Positions 27,271 to 35,539 of a stretch of 48,795 nucleotides of DNA are shown here, piece after piece (the stretch's first letter is position 1; every line of letters starts with the position of its first letter). The notes below the pieces were generated by a model. The model did no database searches and was not told the origin of the DNA. It worked only from the letters and a program-made list of their open reading frames with translations. Source of the DNA: an uncultured Cryptobacterium sp. (GTDB lineage Bacteria; Actinomycetota; Coriobacteriia; Coriobacteriales; Eggerthellaceae); NCBI GenBank assembly GCA_964597085.1, contig CAZQWR010000003.1, positions 1-48,795 of the forward strand. The letters run 5' to 3'. The position numbers were made by a program, and so were the translations under genes.

Positions 27271-28611
27271 CTACTCACTCTCAGATTTCGCCTTATCTGC
27301 GCTCTCAGAGATCAAGTTCAAAATACGCTGAAGCTCTTCTTCATCCTTGAATTGGATTTCGATCTTGTTTTTGCCCTGAACCGTCTTAACGCGAACCGGA
27401 GCGGAAAAGAAACGAGTCAGACCGCGGGCAGCCTTCTTGAAGCTTGCGGGAGTAGGAACCCGCTTGGTCTTGCCCTCAGCAGCGGCCTGCTCACGTCCAG
27501 ACATCAAGCGGGCTATCTGTTCAGTCTCACGAACACTGAGCTTTTCTTCCATTAACTTGTTGGTAAGTTTTTTACGACCCTCGGCATCGCTGACGGAAAG
27601 AATTGCGCGGGCATGGCCAGCAGTGATTTTATCTTCAAACAGAAGCTGCTGGGCCTCTTCGGGCAAATCAAGCAAACGAAGTGCATTTGCAATGGTAGAG
27701 CGGCCCTTGGAAACAGTCTTGGCAAGCTCAGACTGAGTCATACCTTTGCGCTCCATCAGACGCTTGTAACCATAAGCCTCTTCAATGGGGTTCAAGTCTG
27801 AACGCTGGATATTCTCGATCAAAGCAAGCTCAAGAGCTTTATCGTTATCAGCCTTCCAGAAACGAACCGGGATCTCTTTCATATCCAAGCTCTTGCAAGC
27901 CTGCCAACGACGTTCGCCTGCAATAATCTGATAATGATCCCCTACCTTGCGAACCAAAATCGGCTGCAGAAGGCCTTCTTTCTTGATTGAGTCGGCCAAC
28001 TCTTCTATCTCACCAGGTTTAAAGTTCGTTCGAGGCTGATCAGGGTTGGGTTGAACCTTAGAAAGCTCAACAACGCCAGTAGAACCCTTTTCGTCAGAAA
28101 TCTTCTTCACTTCAGGCTTTGGTGCAGGAGTAGCAGGCTTCTGGGCTGCAGGCCTAGAGGTTGTAACAGGCACCCCAGGCTTTGCAGAAGGCCTAGAAGT
28201 CGCTACATTGGTCTGCGCCTTACGTACAGATGCGGCTGCAGGTACTGCGGGTTTGGATACCGGGGCAGTACGAGCAGTGGTGCCCGAACCAGGGTGCGAA
28301 ACAGGCTTGCGTGTTTCACGTGAAACAACCTTTGCATTTTCCAACGCCTCTTCGGAAATATAGATATTGGAAGAATTGGATGCAGACTTCTTTGCCGCAT
28401 TGCGCTGGTTCAGAGCCTGATGCAATACACCTTGCTGTTCTATTTTCTGAGTATCAGCAAGTTTAGCTTGATCTGTTTTCGACTGAGTGCTTGCTGGCTT
28501 CGGGGCCTCTTCTTTTTTAGGTTCAGCTGCAGTGGGTGCCGCAGCAGGACGAGGAGCCTCATCAAACAGCGCGTTTAAACCACGTCCAAGGCCGCTTTTT
28601 TGCTTAGCCAC
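27271..28611 (-). CDS. parB: Chromosome partitioning protein ParB with long disordered linker
   Basis: LGRGLNALF ParA-interacting motif, NPDQPR, GLLQPI, IIAGERRWQA, ENIQRSDL, HTH, GHARA. Confidence 0.96.
   Translation of the reverse strand: MAKQKSGLGRGLNALFDEAPRPAAAPTAAEPKKEEAPKPASTQSKTDQAKLADTQKIEQQGVLHQALNQRNAAKKSASNSSNIYISEEALENAKVVSRETRKPVSHPGSGTTARTAPVSKPAVPAAASVRKAQTNVATSRPSAKPGVPVTTSRPAAQKPATPAPKPEVKKISDEKGSTGVVELSKVQPNPDQPRTNFKPGEIEELADSIKKEGLLQPILVRKVGDHYQIIAGERRWQACKSLDMKEIPVRFWKADNDKALELALIENIQRSDLNPIEEAYGYKRLMERKGMTQSELAKTVSKGRSTIANALRLLDLPEEAQQLLFEDKITAGHARAILSVSDAEGRKKLTNKLMEEKLSVRETEQIARLMSGREQAAAEGKTKRVPTPASFKKAARGLTRFFSAPVRVKTVQGKNKIEIQFKDEEELQRILNLISESADKAKSESE
28312..28327. 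promoter_or_regulatory. parS site (perfect) inside parB
   Basis: TGTTTCACGTGAAACA. Confidence 0.9.
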
Positions 28612-29677
28612 GAGTAATCACCTCTTCAGCCAGGGCGTTATAAGCGATCGCACCCTTGTTTTCGGGAGCATACTCGATAATCGCCTGACCATAACTAGGA
28701 GCTTCGGAAAGTTTTACAGTTCGAGGAATCTGGGTCTCAAATACTGAATCACCGAAGAAGGAACGAACTTCGTCAGCAACCTGCTTTGAAAGATTTGTAC
28801 GGCCATCATACATAGTGAGAACAATGCCGAAGATCTCCAAGCTCGGATTAAGGAAGTTTTTGACACGTTTCATCGAATCAAGAAGTTTTGTCACACCTTC
28901 CAGTGCATAGAACTCGCACTGAATAGGTACCAGCAGCTTATCAGCAGCAACAAGTGCATTGATAGTCAACAAGCCCAATGAAGGTGGACAATCGATAAAG
29001 ATGTAATCGTATTTTCCACGTAGGCTACCGAGCGCATTTTTGAGACGGTTCTCGCGAGCCATCTCATTCACTAGCTCTACCTCAGCACCGGCAAGACTGA
29101 TGGTTGAAGGGAGTACATCTACACCATCCGCAACACAGGAAAGGATAGCCTCCTCAACCGGAGTTTCTCCAAGCAGAACGTTGTACACACAGGTATCGAG
29201 GGCACGCTTGTCTATACCAAAACCACTGGTTGCATTTCCTTGAGGGTCAAGATCAACCAGGAGTACTTCCTTGCCCATATTTCCAAGAGCTGCAGCAAGA
29301 TTAACTGCTGTCGTGGATTTGCCAACTCCACCTTTTTGATTGATGATGGCCAAGATCTTTGTCTGACCAATTACATGAGAAACAGGAGGCTTCTGCAGGA
29401 AGGGCACGAAAGAACGCTCTTCGCTTTCTTCTTCCGTTTCCTCTTCGGATTCTTCGTCAATAAGATCGGACTCAGGTTCCAATTCAGGCTTTGGCTCTTC
29501 AACCAACTCCCTTGGTTCGGGAAGAACCGATTCTCGCTCTACAACAACAGCTTGCTCATTGATTTCATCAAAACCATTTTGGACAATCTCTTCTTTAATT
29601 TCCTCAGGTTTTAGCTGCTCAACTACGGAAGTCATTGGTACGTTTTTGGTCTTTTTCCGACTACCGAAGATTCCCAC
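28604..29677 (-). CDS. parA: Chromosome partitioning ATPase ParA/Soj with acidic N-terminal extension
   Basis: NQKGGVGKST deviant Walker A, DLDPQGN, DCPPSLG, EAPSYG; GTG 29677 fits the AAGGAG RBS. Confidence 0.96.
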   Translation of the reverse strand: MGIFGSRKKTKNVPMTSVVEQLKPEEIKEEIVQNGFDEINEQAVVVERESVLPEPRELVEEPKPELEPESDLIDEESEEETEEESEERSFVPFLQKPPVSHVIGQTKILAIINQKGGVGKSTTAVNLAAALGNMGKEVLLVDLDPQGNATSGFGIDKRALDTCVYNVLLGETPVEEAILSCVADGVDVLPSTISLAGAEVELVNEMARENRLKNALGSLRGKYDYIFIDCPPSLGLLTINALVAADKLLVPIQCEFYALEGVTKLLDSMKRVKNFLNPSLEIFGIVLTMYDGRTNLSKQVADEVRSFFGDSVFETQIPRTVKLSEAPSYGQAIIEYAPENKGAIAYNALAEEVITRG

Positions 29678-29709
29678 GAGCACTCCTTTCTTTAGCTTTT
29701 CAGCTTTAT

Positions 29710-29725
29710 TGTTTCACGTGAAACC
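29710..29725. promoter_or_regulatory. parS site upstream of parA
   Basis: TGTTTCACGTGAAACC, 1 mismatch. Confidence 0.85.
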
Positions 29726-29813
29726 AAATACCCAGCCTAAACAAGCAAGGTAAAAATACGTCTTACAAAAGACGTAACGGTAAACATAAAAACAAACACC
29801 GAACACCCTCTCA

Positions 29814-29829
29814 TGTTTCACGTGAAACA
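29814..29829. promoter_or_regulatory. parS site (perfect) upstream of parA
   Basis: TGTTTCACGTGAAACA. Confidence 0.9.
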
Positions 29830-30101
29830 GAGGGGAAGCCGGCGTGGAAATTGCACGCAAAACAAGAAACCAGCCAAAGCATACTCATGGGTCGTTCCTT
29901 GCTTCAGTTATTCGATAATACCCTGCTAAAAGGATTAAGAAAATAGCAAGCTGATTGGTTTCTTTTTAGATGCAAAATAATTTTGCTATTGGGATTTTAC
30001 TAAATTCGAAATCAATGAAATTAATTGACGACCTATAAAAATCGGCTTTCCCTAATGCGATCTAAGGCTTGTTTTGAACTAAATTCGAAGGAGTGCTCTA
30101 T

Positions 30102-30140
30102 AAAAATAAAACAGCCCCTTAGATTTGATCTAAGGGGCTG
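30102..30140 (-). terminator. Intrinsic terminator after rsmG
   Basis: CAGCCCCTTAGAT/ATCTAAGGGGCTG stem, T-rich tail on the minus strand. Confidence 0.85.
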
Positions 30141-30145
30141 ATAGC

Positions 30146-30829
30146 TTAAAAAGGTTTTTTTTGCGCCATTCCAACTCGTCTTGGCAACTTCATTGAGGGG
30201 TTGCACTTTTTCTTGAAAACGATAATGGCTCTGCTTGTCTCTCCATCGGAAAGAACGAAGCCGCGAGAAGAAACAAACTCCATACCAAGTTTTTGAGCAA
30301 TAAGCTTCGCATGATCAAGCTCTTCGGATTGCTGCTGAGTTTTATAACAAACCAGATATCCGCCCTTTTGAAGCAAAGGAGATGCTAGTTCAAGAAGTGA
30401 AGCTAACGACGAAAGCGCTCGAGCAGTTATCAAAGTAAATGCATTAGGTTCCTTCAACGCTAAATCCTCAATGCGCCCGTTGTATGTTGAGGTTGTTTTA
30501 GAAATACCTAGCTCATCAATGAACTTATCAAGAGCCTTGGTTTTCTTTCCTACCGAATCGGAAAGAAGAGTCTCCCTACCTGTCATCAAAGCAATGGGAA
30601 TGCCAGGGAATCCAGCCCCGCTGCCCATATCCAAATAGCGACCAATAGGAGCTTCAATAATCTCAGGCAAACCTTGAAGGGAATCTTCCACATGAAGCAC
30701 TTGAGCAGTTTCCCAATCAACAATCCTGGTTAGGTTGGTTACTTTGTTTTCCTCGATTACAAGCCTTAAATGCTCATCGAGCAGCTTTCGCTGCTCGATA
30801 GTAGGCTGAGGCATTACTTGCTCAGTCAT
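30146..30829 (-). CDS. rsmG: 16S rRNA m7G527 methyltransferase
   Basis: NLTRI, HVEDSL, DMGSGAGFPGIP, RIED, TARA; canonical position next to parA. Confidence 0.95.
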   Translation of the reverse strand: MTEQVMPQPTIEQRKLLDEHLRLVIEENKVTNLTRIVDWETAQVLHVEDSLQGLPEIIEAPIGRYLDMGSGAGFPGIPIALMTGRETLLSDSVGKKTKALDKFIDELGISKTTSTYNGRIEDLALKEPNAFTLITARALSSLASLLELASPLLQKGGYLVCYKTQQQSEELDHAKLIAQKLGMEFVSSRGFVLSDGETSRAIIVFKKKCNPSMKLPRRVGMAQKKPF

Positions 30830-30843
30830 ATTATTCCTAACGT

Positions 30844-30859
30844 TGTTTCACGTGAAACG
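30844..30859. promoter_or_regulatory. parS site between jag and rsmG
   Basis: TGTTTCACGTGAAACG, 1 mismatch. Confidence 0.85.
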
Positions 30860-31402
30860 CTAACGAGGTATTACCACTACACGACGTGCGCGGCCTTCGC
30901 CTTCACTGATGGTTTCGACACGATCGTCCTCACGAAGTGCGATATGGATAATTCGGCGTTCGTAAGGGGTCATCGGGCGAAGCTTAATGCTGCGATCTTG
31001 CGCTGCAGCCTTATCTGCAGCATTAACGGCAATATTCTCAAGCTTCTGACGCTGGCGGCCCTTATAGCCTTCAACATCTACGACAACCGGATAACGATAG
31101 CCAACAACTCGAGAAGTGATGGAAGAAATAAGGAACTGCAAAGCATCAAGCGTCTTACCATGACGACCGATAAGCACAGCCAGGTCATCGCCAGTAATAT
31201 CAAGGATGAGTTCGCCTTCATCACCCTCGTATTCCTCGATTTCAACCTCTCCAACATTGAAATACTTGAGGATGTCTTTGATTGCCTCAGTTGCAGTATC
31301 AGCAACCTTATCAATCTCTTCCTCGGTAAACTGCCTACCCTTACCGGTGGTTTCAGTGGCCTCATCCGTCACTTCAACAACCTCGTTGTTCTCTTCAGTC
31401 AT
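30860..31402 (-). CDS. jag: Jag/EloR/KhpB RNA-binding protein (KH + R3H)
   Basis: LIGRHGKTLDALQ (KH GxxG), ERRIIH (R3H); ATG 31402 with AAGGAGG. Confidence 0.93.
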   Translation of the reverse strand: MTEENNEVVEVTDEATETTGKGRQFTEEEIDKVADTATEAIKDILKYFNVGEVEIEEYEGDEGELILDITGDDLAVLIGRHGKTLDALQFLISSITSRVVGYRYPVVVDVEGYKGRQRQKLENIAVNAADKAAAQDRSIKLRPMTPYERRIIHIALREDDRVETISEGEGRARRVVVIPR

Positions 31403-31488
31403 GAGAACCTCCTTACATTCAAATCTCCCCCTGCGCAGCAATGCCACGGAGGGGGAGTAGACGGCAATTAGATTGCAATGAGCTTTTG

Positions 31489-32262
31489 CTATTTGCTCTT
31501 CTTTGTGGGGCGCTTTTTCTTTTCTTTGCGAACCACGTTAACCTCAACAGGCTTAACCTCAACAGAAGCAGCCTCAACAACTTCATCCTGATGCTTGAAC
31601 ACGCGGGTAGAAATGATCTGCTGGAATACACCAAACAGCGAAGAGGTTGCCCAGAACAGAAGTACGCCCGTAGGGGAGCCCCAACCAAGCCACAGCATGA
31701 ACAGCGACATAACACCCATCATGATCATGGTTTGGGTCTTCTGAGGGCTGTTAGTACCTGCTTGCTGAAGCAAGGAAGGCAGGAACGTACAGAACGCAAA
31801 GATCAGCAACAGGATGCCGTAGGGAATGAAGCCCATAAAGTCCTGCGCAAACATATCTGACGGAGAAGTAATAAGGCTAGGCAGGATATGGTAGAAGGAG
31901 TAGGTCATACCTTCAGTACGGCTGCCCATTTCCTGCAAAACCTGGAACAAAGCAACGAAGATGGGCATCTGAAGAAGCAGAGGCAAGCAACCAGTAATGG
32001 GGTTGAACCCGATTTCGGCATACACCTTCTGCATTTCCTCGGCCTGACGCTGCTGGTCGTCAGCATAGCGCTCCTGGATCTCCTGAATGCGCGGGCTAAA
32101 TTGCTGCATTCGGTAAGAAGACTTAATCTGCTTCTGCATCAAGGGGAACAGGATAAGGCGAAGAATCAAGGTAACCAGGATAATTGCCAAACCCCAGTCA
32201 GCTACAAAATTGTAAGCCGCTTGGATGCACCAGAAGATCGCGTCTTTAAACGCTTCCCACAT
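31489..32262 (-). CDS. yidC: Membrane protein insertase
   Basis: WGLAIIL..LRL, GCLPLLLQMPIF, GVLLFW; canonical position. Confidence 0.95.
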   Translation of the reverse strand: MWEAFKDAIFWCIQAAYNFVADWGLAIILVTLILRLILFPLMQKQIKSSYRMQQFSPRIQEIQERYADDQQRQAEEMQKVYAEIGFNPITGCLPLLLQMPIFVALFQVLQEMGSRTEGMTYSFYHILPSLITSPSDMFAQDFMGFIPYGILLLIFAFCTFLPSLLQQAGTNSPQKTQTMIMMGVMSLFMLWLGWGSPTGVLLFWATSSLFGVFQQIISTRVFKHQDEVVEAASVEVKPVEVNVVRKEKKKRPTKKSK

Positions 32263-32288
32263 GTAACGAAAATCCTCTCGGTTAGTAA

Positions 32289-32555
32289 CTACCTATTAAA
32301 GAAGTGGAAGGTTTCCGGTACAGGATCGTACCCTCTGCCACCACCGGGACGGCACCTTAAAATGCGGCGGCAAGTAAGGTACAGCCCTTTTAGAAAGCCG
32401 AACCTTTGCACTGCAGCGAGCCCATATTCCGAACAGGTCGGAATAAAACGGCAGGTAGCGGGCAACAAGGGCGATATAGCAAGGCGATAGAACTTGATAA
32501 GAAGAACCAGTAAAAGCTTTGGAATTGCTGATATCTTCAACCAAACGGTTTTCAC
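32289..32555 (-). CDS. yidD: Membrane protein insertion efficiency factor
   Basis: CRFIPTCSEY, RILRC.P...GYDPVP. Confidence 0.95.
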   Translation of the reverse strand: MKTVWLKISAIPKLLLVLLIKFYRLAISPLLPATCRFIPTCSEYGLAAVQRFGFLKGLYLTCRRILRCRPGGGRGYDPVPETFHFFNR

Positions 32556-32560
32556 GCCAA

Positions 32561-32896
32561 TTACTCTTCACCCTGATAAGGTTCGAAAACCTTCCTACAT
32601 TCCGCGAGCACTCTGCCATAGGTTGCTCGCGTGGTTTTCCTGTTTGCAACGAAAAGCACATTCAACTCCGGCCATGGACCGCCAAGATCATGACAAACGG
32701 CGCGCATCCTACGCTTTGCAGAGTTACGCCAAACCGCATTGCCGTTCTTCTTGCCGGCTATAAATGCAACACGGCCGCTTGGGCCGTGTTGAGTATCCCC
32801 TCGATACACAATCAGGGTACCGACAGGAGTTGCATGTCGTTTTCCGTGCGAGAACAGGTAGGAGATCTCAGTGCTGGATTTGATGGTTCCTAACAC
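32561..32896 (-). CDS. rnpA: RNase P protein component
   Basis: AGKKNGNAVWRNSAKRRMR (RNR-type motif) directly after rpmH. Confidence 0.92.
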   Translation of the reverse strand: MLGTIKSSTEISYLFSHGKRHATPVGTLIVYRGDTQHGPSGRVAFIAGKKNGNAVWRNSAKRRMRAVCHDLGGPWPELNVLFVANRKTTRATYGRVLAECRKVFEPYQGEE

Positions 32897-32914
32897 GGTT
32901 TCTCACAAGGAAAA

Positions 32915-33049
32915 TTAGACACAAAGACGCTTGCGGCCCTTGGCACGACGAGCAGAAAGAACGGCACGACCGCCCTTGGTTGCCATACGTGCACGGAAAC
33001 CATGAGTCTTTGCGCGCTTACGGGTATTAGGTTGATAGGTGCGCTTCAT
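32915..33049 (-). CDS. rpmH: 50S ribosomal protein L34 (not in ORF track, 44 aa)
   Basis: Own translation [44 protein letters not shown]. Confidence 0.98.
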   Translation of the reverse strand: MKRTYQPNTRKRAKTHGFRARMATKGGRAVLSARRAKGRKRLCV

Positions 33050-33081
33050 CACTTTTCCTTTCGATTTACAGTAACTTCGAA

Positions 33082-33109
33082 ATTATACGATGGGAAAAAC
33101 CACCGTCAA
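33082..33109 (-). promoter_or_regulatory. Sigma70-type promoter of the rpmH operon
   Basis: TTGACG-16 nt-TATAAT on the minus strand. Confidence 0.75.
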
Positions 33110-33181
33110 GAAAAAAGAATCGTATGAGCTGGCTAGTAGAGAGCCAGCACACACAATACACACGCAAAACAGGGCATCCGA

Positions 33182-33688
33182 TTATGCACGGGAACGAATA
33201 TTAAGCTCCGTAGTTTCAAGCACATGCCCCCGCATGGCCCAATGCAGTTCGTTGTAGAAGAAACCGAGCTGTAAGCCCAACTCACAATCAAGCGCATAAA
33301 CGCGAAGCGTGTAAACATGGTCTTTATCCGGCGGGCAGGGCCCAATGTATCCGCAAATTACATCCTCGCTCGTTTCTGCGGCGCGCGATGTGCAACTGTT
33401 GGATCCCTGAACAAAGCTGAACCCCCCACCGTGGCTGGCACCCTCCGGGATTTCTCCTGCGCGGGGGCTGATGTCGCATGCAGTCCAATGCACCCACTGA
33501 AAGCCGCACACGGGTATCGAATCATAGTCGACAAATGCAAGGGCAAGCGACTTTGCTGCCGAGGGCACACCTTCGATGCGGACGGGAAACGAGTTGATGT
33601 TATTCCCATCCTTGCGCAAGCGCTCTTCGGAATATTTTCCGAACCTATCGGGCAGATAGCCGTTTTCCAACGGAACTGAAATGTTCAT
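33182..33688 (-). CDS. YbhB/YbcL (PEBP) family protein
   Basis: AKSLAL..VDYD, WVHW, QGSNS, YIGPCPP.KDHVY...YALD. Confidence 0.92.
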   Translation of the reverse strand: MNISVPLENGYLPDRFGKYSEERLRKDGNNINSFPVRIEGVPSAAKSLALAFVDYDSIPVCGFQWVHWTACDISPRAGEIPEGASHGGGFSFVQGSNSCTSRAAETSEDVICGYIGPCPPDKDHVYTLRVYALDCELGLQLGFFYNELHWAMRGHVLETTELNIRSRA

Positions 33689-33712
33689 TTCGATCCCTCT
33701 TTCCCCAAAGAT

Positions 33713-34090
33713 TGCAAGTTATCCACATTAATGACATGCAGAAATGTGGATAATGTTGATAACTTGCAGCTTAATTAACCAAAGCCGCAAAAACCATTAT
33801 CCCAGAGGTTTGCCACACAGGGAAACCGCAATGGGCTGGTTTAAAAGAAAGCCAGTCATCAGGGGATTGAGCATAAATGTTTCGCGTGAAACATTGTAGA
33901 TACTTGCGCGTCGAAATGCTGCATGGAGGGCTGAAAACAGCTTTTACAAGGTATACCCAAGGCCTGCTTTCCCACATCGTTTTCTATTTTCCACTCTCCT
34001 TTTCCAATGGTTTTCACCTTTTTCCACATTTAGTTAAAAGGATGTTGAAAACTCTGAAAACAGGTGTTGATAGAAGTGGAATAATTGAAA
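33713..34090. promoter_or_regulatory. Upstream DnaA-box cluster (oriC1-like / dnaA operon control region)
   Basis: TTATCCACA 33719-33727, TGTGGATAA 33745-33753, TGTTGATAA 33754-33762, TTTTCCACA 34020-34028, TGTTGAAAA 34043-34051, TGTTGATAG 34065-34073. Confidence 0.8.
33878..33893. promoter_or_regulatory. parS site within the upstream DnaA-box region
   Basis: TGTTTCGCGTGAAACA, 1 mismatch. Confidence 0.75.
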
Positions 34091-34195
34091 AACGGTGAAA
34101 CGCCGTCTAAAATGTTTGAAAAACAAGCCTGATTCGGTTGCTTTTGAAACCCAGGATCGGGCTCTTTTCTTCTGCAGTGAAAATCGGAAAGCATC

Positions 34196-35485
34196 ATGAC
34201 CCAAGAAAACGAACCACATATGCAACCGATGAGCTCGGAACAGCAGTCGCAGCAAGCAGCAGCGGCAGAGGCGGCGGCAAGCGCAAACCCAAGCGGAGCG
34301 AATGCCGGGCAACCTGGTTATGCAGCGAACCCAGCAACGCAGCAATACTGGCCGCAAGGACAAATCTCTACAGCTGGCGGTTTTCCACAAGCAATGCCTC
34401 AAATGTCGGTTGGTCAACCCCCTCAATATGGGGTGCCTTACTACGGTTACCCACAACCAATGGGCTGGGCCGCGCAGTCAACCCCTCAATTCAATGCAAA
34501 TGGTCAAATAAGCGCAGCAGCGCAGCCTAACGCAACGATGCAGCAAGCACCGAACACCCAACCAGAGTTTTCAGCGCAGGCAGGAACTGCGACATACCCA
34601 ATGCCAAACGCGCAAACCGTTGGCGCGCAACAGCAAATTCCAAATATGCAATCAGCCCCGCAGCAGCAAACGCCACCTGCTTTCGTGGAGCACCAAAGCT
34701 ACATGGAGCCAAGCTTCGCCCACACCATGAATGGTGGAGTAGCACCGGGCACCAACACGGCAGAGAGTCAGTTCGATTACAACTACATAAGTACACCGGC
34801 GCGCATCGCCGTTTACGATTCGCTGAAAACCGCACCGCGCGTAATACAGGTTGATGCAGGCCCAACGCACGAATACATCGAGCACATTGCGTCCATCACC
34901 TACAAAAGCGCTAAAGAGCAAGGGGGGATGATCCCCTATACGGTGATCCGCGAAGTATCGGAAAACTTCATACACGCCAAGTTCAACGAAGTGGTGGTTT
35001 CCATATTCGACCAAGGCAACACCATTCGCTTCGCCGACCAGGGCCCGGGTATCAAGCAGAAAGAGCTCGCCCAAGAGCCGGGCTTTTCTTCGGCAGTTGA
35101 GCCTATGAAGCGATACATCCGCGGGGTTGGATCGGGGCTGCCCATTGTGAAGGACTATCTCAGCACAGCCCACGGCCACATCGAAATCGAAGACAACGTA
35201 GACAAAGGCTCGGTGGTAACCATCAGCTTGGTTGCGGCGAAGGAAAGGCAACCCGAGCCGAGCCAGCTCACAACTCCAGAACTCACCGAAAACGAAGAAA
35301 GAATCTTAAGGGCCCTTCTTCCCAACAAAATCATGGGCGTAACCGATATGCACGGGGAAACGGAAATCCCGTTGGCAAGCATCCATACAGCGTTTTCAAA
35401 GATGGAAGAAAACGGCTGGATCGAAAAGGTGAACAAGAAGCGCACCCTTACTGCGCAGGGCACCCAGATTGCACTATCTTTGTAG
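34196..35485 (+). CDS. Uncharacterised GHKL (HATPase_c, RsbT-like) ATPase with Q/P-rich N-terminus and C-terminal winged HTH
   Basis: REVSENFIHA (N-box), DQGPGI (G1), PGFSS, GVGSGLPIVK (G2); C-terminal LTENEERIL..MGVTDM..IPLASIHTAFSKMEENGWIEK..KRTLT. Confidence 0.8.
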   Translation: MTQENEPHMQPMSSEQQSQQAAAAEAAASANPSGANAGQPGYAANPATQQYWPQGQISTAGGFPQAMPQMSVGQPPQYGVPYYGYPQPMGWAAQSTPQFNANGQISAAAQPNATMQQAPNTQPEFSAQAGTATYPMPNAQTVGAQQQIPNMQSAPQQQTPPAFVEHQSYMEPSFAHTMNGGVAPGTNTAESQFDYNYISTPARIAVYDSLKTAPRVIQVDAGPTHEYIEHIASITYKSAKEQGGMIPYTVIREVSENFIHAKFNEVVVSIFDQGNTIRFADQGPGIKQKELAQEPGFSSAVEPMKRYIRGVGSGLPIVKDYLSTAHGHIEIEDNVDKGSVVTISLVAAKERQPEPSQLTTPELTENEERILRALLPNKIMGVTDMHGETEIPLASIHTAFSKMEENGWIEKVNKKRTLTAQGTQIALSL

Positions 35486-35539
35486 ATGGCTTTCGGCGGC
35501 TGGTAAGATATCAGTCCAAGAAATAAAAGAGATAGGCAT

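Noticed and set aside
28600..30850. Lower-GC parA-rsmG segment as a horizontally acquired island
   Set aside because: Genes are in canonical origin synteny with no mobility genes or flanking repeats.
30146..31402. Absence of mnmE/mnmG between jag and rsmG, and Jag lacking its N-terminal domain
   Set aside because: Normal for Actinobacteria.
33182..35485. PEBP (kinase inhibitor-like) as cognate inhibitor of the divergent GHKL kinase
   Set aside because: Rests only on the family name from eukaryotic RKIP; no sequence evidence for interaction.
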